Shown here: positions 57,924 through 64,000 of the stretch, one piece after another
How the letters are laid out: each line of letters begins with the position of its first letter
Position numbering within the stretch: position 1 is the stretch's first letter
DNA from: an uncultured Pseudomonadales bacterium
GTDB taxonomy: Bacteria > Pseudomonadota > Gammaproteobacteria > Pseudomonadales > Pseudohongiellaceae
Direction: 5' to 3'
NCBI GenBank assembly: GCA_905478195.1
Contig: CAJQHM010000001.1
Coordinates: 126 to 64,125 of the forward strand
DNA: 64,000 bases
Program-made: the position numbers and the translations under genes
The notes under the pieces: generated by a model
What the model was told of the DNA's origin: nothing
Database searches by the model: none
What the model saw: only the letters and a program-made list of their open reading frames with translations

Positions 57924-59414
57924 ATGGAATCGCTACAAGAATCGGAATCTAAGGCCTCCCAGCGCCAGGCAACAGTCCAACAGGCGTTGGTACCGGTTCT
58001 CGTGTTAATCAGCCTGCTTTCCTTCTCAGTCTATCTGTTCGGCGAAGACGCGAGTTATGGACCAAACCAGATAGCACTGTGTATAGGTGCCGCTGTCGCC
58101 TCAGCCATAGGCTGGAGAAACGGGCAGCAATGGCAACAGATTGAAGAAAGCATCATCTCTGGTGTCACCATTGCGCTCAAGCCTATCCTCATCTTATTTA
58201 GCGTTGGCCTGCTGATAGGCAGCTGGATCCTCTCCGGTACCGTGCCGACCATGATCTACTACAGCCTACTCATGTTAGACCCATCAATCTTCTATGCTGC
58301 CAGCTGTCTCATCTGCGGCCTGATCGCACTGAGCATAGGCAGCTCATGGACGGTAGCAGGAACTGTTGGCATTGCCCTTATCGGTGCTGCCGCCGGCCTG
58401 GGTCTCTCAGTCGAGATTACCGCCGGTGCGATTATTTCCGGAGCCTACTTCGGAGACAAGATGTCTCCACTTTCCGAGACCACCAATTTAGCACCCGCCG
58501 TCGCTGGCACAGACCTGTTTTCCCACATCGGTCATATGGTGTGGACTACCATTCCCAGCATTGTCCTCGCACTAATCCTCTACGCCATAATAGGGCTTAG
58601 CATCGATACCGAAGCCAGCGCAAGCGACCTCGCCGTGACCATGCAACTCATCAATGACAACTTCACTATCAACCCATTTATGCTGCTGCCGGTGGCCGCA
58701 CTACTTTTTATGGCACAGAAAAAGCTACCACCGATTCCAACTATCCTTGCCGGCGCACTGATCGGTGTAATACTGGCATTAATTTTTCAACAGAGCGCAG
58801 TACTGAGCCTGGCCGGTGATACCACAAATATTTTTCTCGGCTTATTCAAAGGAACCTGGCAAACACTATTTGATGGATTCGCTCTCTCCAGCGGAAACGA
58901 AACTCTGGACGACCTGATGACACGCGGCGGCATGAGCTCTATGTTAAACACGGTGTGGTTGATCCTATGCGCCATGGTATTCGGCGCAGTGATGGATCAT
59001 ACCGGCCTGCTGCAATGCCTCGTGAATTATGCACTGTCCTTCGTACACAGCACGGGAAGCTTGATAGCTACGACCATCGTTACCTGCATCGGTGCCAATA
59101 TCATCACCTCTGACCAATACATATCGATAGTGCTTCCAGGGCGCATGTACAAACTGGAATATCAAAATAGAAATCTAGACCCGAAGAATTTGTCTCGCGC
59201 TCTGGAAGACGCAGGAACAATGACGTCTCCGTTAATTCCCTGGAATACCTGTGGCGCCTACATGGCAGGCACTTTGGGCGTGGCAACTTTCTCTTACCTG
59301 CCCTACTGTTTCTTCAACCTGATCTGCCCGGTTGTTGCAGTAATCTATGGCTTCCTAAACTTTAAGATCGCACCGCTGGTTGCCGAACCGGATTTAGCCA
59401 GCCAGCAAGCCTAG
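57924..59414 (+). CDS. NhaC-family Na+/H+ antiporter
   Basis: 496 aa, about 12 TM, with family-like ..GSSWTVAGTVGIALIG.. and ..PWNTCGAYM.. segments. Confidence 0.75.
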   Translation: MESLQESESKASQRQATVQQALVPVLVLISLLSFSVYLFGEDASYGPNQIALCIGAAVASAIGWRNGQQWQQIEESIISGVTIALKPILILFSVGLLIGSWILSGTVPTMIYYSLLMLDPSIFYAASCLICGLIALSIGSSWTVAGTVGIALIGAAAGLGLSVEITAGAIISGAYFGDKMSPLSETTNLAPAVAGTDLFSHIGHMVWTTIPSIVLALILYAIIGLSIDTEASASDLAVTMQLINDNFTINPFMLLPVAALLFMAQKKLPPIPTILAGALIGVILALIFQQSAVLSLAGDTTNIFLGLFKGTWQTLFDGFALSSGNETLDDLMTRGGMSSMLNTVWLILCAMVFGAVMDHTGLLQCLVNYALSFVHSTGSLIATTIVTCIGANIITSDQYISIVLPGRMYKLEYQNRNLDPKNLSRALEDAGTMTSPLIPWNTCGAYMAGTLGVATFSYLPYCFFNLICPVVAVIYGFLNFKIAPLVAEPDLASQQA

Positions 59415-60403
59415 ATATGATTTTGTAGACTCATCTCCTCGGGGTAGGGATTCATATACCAGGAGTTTGAGATGTACTCGTCCGGGTGTTTTCTAAAAAA
59501 ATGATTCAGCAGAGTTATGGGCACTATTAGCGGCAGCTGTCCCAGGCGATATTTTTCCACTGTCTCGGTCAGCTCCAACTTGTCATCCTTGTCTAGCGGC
59601 TTCTTCAGATAGCCCTGTATGTGCTGCAATACATTGACGTGGTTGCCTCTAGTAGCCGGAATCTTTAGCGTACGCATCAACTTTACTATGTATTGGTCCG
59701 CCACCTCGTCGACATTGTCTTTGCGAGCAACAGCAAGTAGCTGCCCAAGCTCACGATTGTAATTCTGATTGTGACTCATGATGATGAGTTTGTGCCTGGC
59801 ATGAAAGTCCAAAAGATCAGACAACTTCATTCCGTCCTCAACTAGTTGAAACCAGCGGCGCATTACGAAAACACGTTGAATAAAATTTTCACGTAGCACC
59901 GCGTCTCCCAGTCGGCCTTCCTCCTCGACAGGCAGGTACGGAAAATTTTGCATCATCTTCCCGGCATAGATGCCCACGCCTTCCCGAATCGGCATGACAT
60001 CATCCCAAATCTTAACCCGCTCCATACCGCAGCTCGGAGAATCTTTCTTCAAAATATAACCACAAAGACTGCTATGCCACTGCTTCTTATCATCAGCAGA
60101 CTTCGCTAGGGCCTCCGTAAAATCCGGCTCAGGGTTGTCTACAGGAATACAGCGAATCACATCTGAACCTTTTCGTGAGAGGCGAATCGGTTTGCGGGGA
60201 ATACCAAGACCGATAGCCAGCTCAGGGCAGAATGCCTGAAATTCGAAATACTGCCCCAGAGTCTTCGCTATATAGGAATTATTCTTATGCCCACCATCAA
60301 AACGGACTTTCTCGCCCAGCAGACAACTACTAATACCTATCGGTATCTTCTTATAGTGCCCGCCTGCCATCTCATCTGTCACAACTGCCTCTTCGATTTT
60401 CAT
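59411..60403 (-). CDS. DUF523 (TudS-like Fe-S) / DUF1722 (YbgA-like) fusion protein
   Basis: IGISSCLLGEKVRFDGGHK.. and ..DSPSCGM.. Cys contexts of DUF523, followed by the YbgA-like half (..LLDFHARHKLIIMSH..). Start placed at MKIEE (60403) to avoid overlapping the upstream gene by 22 nt. Confidence 0.7.
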   Translation of the reverse strand: MKIEEAVVTDEMAGGHYKKIPIGISSCLLGEKVRFDGGHKNNSYIAKTLGQYFEFQAFCPELAIGLGIPRKPIRLSRKGSDVIRCIPVDNPEPDFTEALAKSADDKKQWHSSLCGYILKKDSPSCGMERVKIWDDVMPIREGVGIYAGKMMQNFPYLPVEEEGRLGDAVLRENFIQRVFVMRRWFQLVEDGMKLSDLLDFHARHKLIIMSHNQNYNRELGQLLAVARKDNVDEVADQYIVKLMRTLKIPATRGNHVNVLQHIQGYLKKPLDKDDKLELTETVEKYRLGQLPLIVPITLLNHFFRKHPDEYISNSWYMNPYPEEMSLQNHI

Positions 60404-60411
60404 TCTTTCTC

Positions 60412-60735
60412 TCACCGCTTCGTCTGCAACCACGTTTCAAATTCCATTAACTCGGCATCCAGGCCGATCAGCTCTTCTTTCTGAGCCCTACTCAATTGTT
60501 TAACCTTGTACTCCAGTTTAAGCGCATCGGATTTATTTCCCACAACTATTTGAAAAACCAAGCGCAGTGGAGCCTTCCCACGCAGTGCTTTAGCGCCCTT
60601 ATTCTTCTTGTCCTTGTTTTCATGCTCCGCGAATCTGCGCTGAACATCCGTGCTGATGCCGGTATAGAGACTGCCATCGGCAGTCCGAACAAGATAGAGC
60701 CACCAGAGCGTTGCTGCTTCTGTATTTTCACTCAT
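60412..60735 (-). CDS. GIY-YIG nuclease superfamily protein (UPF0213/YhbQ-like)
   Basis: [28 protein letters not shown].. GIY-YIG core; 107 aa. Confidence 0.75.
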   Translation of the reverse strand: MSENTEAATLWWLYLVRTADGSLYTGISTDVQRRFAEHENKDKKNKGAKALRGKAPLRLVFQIVVGNKSDALKLEYKVKQLSRAQKEELIGLDAELMEFETWLQTKR

Positions 60736-60741
60736 GAAATA

Positions 60742-61593
60742 TTATTGCTGCGCCTGCCATAATTCATTGTCTTCGCTGACTCGCCCTTCCTGCTGCAACT
60801 TAATCAAATGCGCCATCAGTGTCTTCTTTGCCCAGGGTATCAACTGCGGGGAAACATCGTCGTAAACCGTAACTACTAACTCATCCAGACTACAAGCGCC
60901 TAGACTATCGAGCCCGGCAAGCACCTTCTGCTCGCGCTTCAGCCTGTGAGCTATGAGCTTCTCAATTTCAGCATAGGGCTGGAACATCACATCGCCATGA
61001 GCTGGAGCGAGCAGCTTGAGCGGAATCGTTAAGAGACGCTCTAAAGCCTCTAGATAGGCTGCCATATCCCCATCTGGGGGCAGAATAACCGGGGTCGTGC
61101 CCTGCAACACATGATCGCCGGTGAATAACAGCTGCTCATCACGCAGCAGAAAGCAGATATGATTGGACACATGCCCGGGGGTAGCAATCAGCTGTATTTT
61201 GTACTCGCCACAATCGACAATATCCTCATCAGAAAACAGCCTGTCGGGAACGAAGGTCTTGTCGTGACCCGCCACATCGGGCGCTTTCAGCCCAATCAGT
61301 CTGGCACCGGTGGCTTCGTGCAAGGCCAACGCACCCGGCGAGTGGTCAGCGTGAGTGTGGGTAATGAGTATATTCTCCAGGGTGGCATCGCCAATGGCTT
61401 CCAGAAAGCTCTGCAGCTGGGCCTCATCACGCGGACCCGGGTCCACCAGAGAAAGCCTCTGCTTGCCTATAAGATAGCTATTTGTTCCCGGCCCCGTCAT
61501 TGGCCCAGGGTTACGCCCGAGCAAACGCCGCACAGGCACATATTCGGTTGCAATTGAAACAGCAACCCCAGCTTCCGACTCTTTCATAGGCAA
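60742..61593 (-). CDS. MBL-fold metallo-hydrolase
   Basis: HTHADHSPG (HxHxDH) plus downstream His/Asp ligands (TPGHV, FTGDHV). Confidence 0.8.
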   Translation of the reverse strand: MPMKESEAGVAVSIATEYVPVRRLLGRNPGPMTGPGTNSYLIGKQRLSLVDPGPRDEAQLQSFLEAIGDATLENILITHTHADHSPGALALHEATGARLIGLKAPDVAGHDKTFVPDRLFSDEDIVDCGEYKIQLIATPGHVSNHICFLLRDEQLLFTGDHVLQGTTPVILPPDGDMAAYLEALERLLTIPLKLLAPAHGDVMFQPYAEIEKLIAHRLKREQKVLAGLDSLGACSLDELVVTVYDDVSPQLIPWAKKTLMAHLIKLQQEGRVSEDNELWQAQQ

Positions 61594-61873
61594 AATTCCC
61601 TCTAATTATTTCACGTCTAGGCTTTTGGCCTTAATACCGCTCAAGCCATCATCAATTTATGGAATTCCGGCTGGAGTTTTGCACCATTTAGCGACATAAT
61701 TGCCCGCTTTATTTTTCAGGATTCCGCAGCACAAAAAGCCTATTTTATTGTCCAGCCGAATCGCCACAAATGATACACCCTCAACGTGAAAACCAACTAA
61801 ATTCTATGCTTTTGGCGCTTTACTATCGGCGCGGCAAGAAATTACTGGTAAACGGCACAGCTCAGGAAACCAA

Positions 61874-63055
61874 ATGTACAAAATCAAGACCTATAATGCG
61901 ATCTCTGAGAAGGGACTGGTACGATTTCCCGTTAGCAACTATCAAGTCGACCCGGACCTCACTGATGCCGATGCTATCCTTCTGCGCAGTCATAAATTAG
62001 ATGCCTCCGCTATCGATGACGGACTGAGAGCGGTAGCTCGAGCTGGCGCTGGCACCAATAATGTCCCGGTAGATGCCTGCACTGATGCGGGTGTTATAGT
62101 ATTTAACACACCCGGCGCCAACGCCAATGCCGTTAAGGAATTGGTCTTATGCGGCCTGCTACTTGCCTCGCGCGGGATTGTTCCCGGTATTGAATTTGCC
62201 AGCACGCAGACAGAGATAACTGACGAGAGCGAACTGTCCAAGCTGATGGAACAGGAGAAGAAGCGCTTCAAGGGAAGTGAAATATCGGGCAAGACGCTGG
62301 GTGTTATTGGATTGGGCGCTATTGGCTCCCTCGTTGCCGAGATGGCTATCGATCTTGGCATGAAGGTACAGGGCTATGATCCAGCCCTATCGGTTGAAGC
62401 CGCCTGGCGTCTGCCGAGCAAGGTTAAGCGCAAAGAGAATATTGCCGCTCTGGTAGCCAGCTCTGATTTCATCTCATTGCACCTGCCGGTGCTAGATTCA
62501 ACACGCGGCCTCATCAACGCCGAAGTTTTTTCTGCTATGCGCAAAGGTGCTTGCCTGGTGAATTTTGCCAGAGATGAGATCGTCGACTCCAAGGCCCTGC
62601 TTGCAGCACTCGAGGATGGCAAACTTGGCAAATATGTCAGCGATTTCCCACGCCCTGAATTGATAGGTAGAGATGATGTTATTTCCATGCCTCACATAGG
62701 CGCGAGCACGAATGAGGCCGAGGAAAACTGCGCAATCATGGCCGCTGACCAACTGACGGACTTCCTGGAAAACGGGAATATCAAGAACTCGGTAAATTTT
62801 CCGAATTTGTTTCTGGACCGAAGCTCGGACGCAGCTAGCTGCACCCGTTTAGCCATCTGCAATCGCAACGTTCCGAAGATACTCGGTCAAATTCTATCGG
62901 TGTTGGCAGATCAGAATATCAACGTGTTGGATATGCTGAACAAGAGTCGTAATGATGTTGCCTACAATCTGATCGATCTTGAGTCGCAACCCTCCGAGGA
63001 TGCCTTGACCGCAATCGCACAGATAGACGATGTTATTAAGGTAACTCTTCTTTAG
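61874..63055 (+). CDS. serA: D-3-phosphoglycerate dehydrogenase with C-terminal ACT domain
   Basis: NAD Rossmann motif GVIGLGAIGSLVA, the catalytic R..E..H pattern (FARDEIVD.., MPHIGAST) and an ACT-like C-terminus. It lies next to serC. Confidence 0.85.
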   Translation: MYKIKTYNAISEKGLVRFPVSNYQVDPDLTDADAILLRSHKLDASAIDDGLRAVARAGAGTNNVPVDACTDAGVIVFNTPGANANAVKELVLCGLLLASRGIVPGIEFASTQTEITDESELSKLMEQEKKRFKGSEISGKTLGVIGLGAIGSLVAEMAIDLGMKVQGYDPALSVEAAWRLPSKVKRKENIAALVASSDFISLHLPVLDSTRGLINAEVFSAMRKGACLVNFARDEIVDSKALLAALEDGKLGKYVSDFPRPELIGRDDVISMPHIGASTNEAEENCAIMAADQLTDFLENGNIKNSVNFPNLFLDRSSDAASCTRLAICNRNVPKILGQILSVLADQNINVLDMLNKSRNDVAYNLIDLESQPSEDALTAIAQIDDVIKVTLL

Positions 63056-63118
63056 CTTATCCACTTAAGTGCAGTACAGCTTATTACTTCAACTAACAAT
63101 ACAACTGGAAATCAAACA

Positions 63119-64000
63119 ATGACTCGAGTTTTCAATTTTGGCGCAGGACCGGCGATGCTTCCCACTTTTGTAATGGAGACAGCGCAGCGCGAATTCATGA
63201 ACTTTCACGATATGGGCGCCGGCATCATTGAAATCAGCCATCGCTCGAAGGAATTCGACGCCGTATTAAATCGCTGCGACGAACTACTCAAAGAGCTCGC
63301 CGGAATTCCTGACAACTACAAGATACTCTATGTACACGGCGGCGCCCAGATGCAGTTTTCCGCCATCCCGTTAAACCTCCTCGGCCTAAGCCCGTCCAAG
63401 TCGGCGAGCTATATAGAAACAGGTACCTGGGGCGTCAAAGCCCGCAAGGAAGCAGCGCGCTATGGCAATGCAACGACAGCGGCAAGCAGCGCAGACACAG
63501 GCTTCGATCGCATTCCCGAATTCGATTGTGCGAGTCTGCCGGCGGACACAGCCTATCTGCACATTACCAGCAACAACACACTGTATGGGACGCGCTGGCA
63601 TAGCTTCCCGCAGACAGGTGACATCCCGCTCGTCGCCGACATGACCTCGGAGTTTTTGTCGCGCGAAATCGACATCAGCCAATTCGGAATCATCTTTGCT
63701 GGCCTGCAGAAAAATCTGGGCCCCGCCGGTCTCGCCTGTGTAATTGTGCGTGAAGACCTGCTTGGCCATGCACTGAAAGAGACACCTGCACTGTTGGACT
63801 ACAGCGTCTACGCAAAAAGCCATTCGCTCTCGAACACCAATAACACCTTCGCTATCTATATGATGGGGCTAGTGCTCGAGTGGATCAAAGAACAGGGCGG
63901 CGTAGCAAAGCTGGAGGAGCAGAACAACGCCAAAGCAAAACTACTGTATGACGTAGTCGACGCTAGTGACTTCTACCTGGGCGTAGCCGACCCAGCGCAC
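63119..64000 (+). CDS. serC: phosphoserine aminotransferase, N-terminal 294 codons (runs off the window)
   Basis: Own translation from ATG 63119: MTRVFNFGAGPAMLPTFVMETAQREFMNFHDMGAGIIEISHRSKEFDAVL..YVHGGAQMQFSAIPLNLL.. Open-ended, so it is absent from the ORF track. Confidence 0.9.
   Translation, partial: MTRVFNFGAGPAMLPTFVMETAQREFMNFHDMGAGIIEISHRSKEFDAVLNRCDELLKELAGIPDNYKILYVHGGAQMQFSAIPLNLLGLSPSKSASYIETGTWGVKARKEAARYGNATTAASSADTGFDRIPEFDCASLPADTAYLHITSNNTLYGTRWHSFPQTGDIPLVADMTSEFLSREIDISQFGIIFAGLQKNLGPAGLACVIVREDLLGHALKETPALLDYSVYAKSHSLSNTNNTFAIYMMGLVLEWIKEQGGVAKLEEQNNAKAKLLYDVVDASDFYLGVADPAH

Noticed and set aside
61770-62000. 76-aa ORF overlapping the serA start
   Set aside because: It is out of frame with serA, which has a good N-terminus (MYKIKTYNAIS..), and shows no independent support.
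63386-63823. 145-aa minus-strand ORF at the right end
   Set aside because: It lies antisense to the open-ended serC reading frame, which translates into an unmistakable phosphoserine aminotransferase.
1-64000. Search by eye for tRNA/rRNA genes, CRISPR-like direct repeats, IS inverted repeats, integrase/transposase genes, toxin-antitoxin pairs and known defence genes
   Set aside because: I recognised none. All intergenic gaps are 545 bp or shorter and lack cloverleaf-like GC stems or periodic repeats. A covariance-model scan (tRNAscan-SE/Infernal) would be needed to exclude small RNAs, especially in 12907-13450, 17300-17670 and 40343-40620.

Overview
This is a chromosomal, mostly core-genome window from a Gram-negative gammaproteobacterium (about 50% GC by eye). 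The gene order parallels Pseudomonas-type synteny blocks as I remember them: pssA/ilvC/ilvH/ilvI; clpB-pgeF-rluD|bamD; miaB-ybeZ-ybeY-corC-leuS-lptE-holA; lipA-lipB-ybeD-dacA-rlpA-rodA-mrdA-rlmH-rsfS-nadD-proA; and serA-serC. I call about 60 protein-coding genes, two decayed genes (a 7TMR-DISM sensor kinase and a type IV pilin stub), two intrinsic terminators and a few candidate regulatory sites. I recognised no rRNA, tRNA, CRISPR array, transposase, integrase, phage gene or defence island. Packing is very tight. Five of the ten convergent gene junctions share a 4-bp stop/stop overlap (4x CTAG, 1x TTAG), and several co-directional pairs overlap by ATGA. The most system-like unexplained element is a four-gene module at 19849-22757: a TlpA-like thioredoxin, a DUF4266 lipoprotein with a non-canonical start that is absent from the ORF track, a DUF3570 protein with twin LSGAS motifs, and an ApbE flavin transferase. 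Other points of interest are an ECF-sigma fragment fused to DUF3106-like Q/R repeats, an inverted class II ilvC, and a 15-kb accessory slot (32412-47261) between holA and lipA. That slot holds the decayed kinase, an NBD-only Hsp70-like ATPase, an M1 peptidase/DUF6702 pair and several uncharacterised membrane proteins. None of this can be called a new system from sequence alone. All family assignments come from reading motifs by eye, without database searches.
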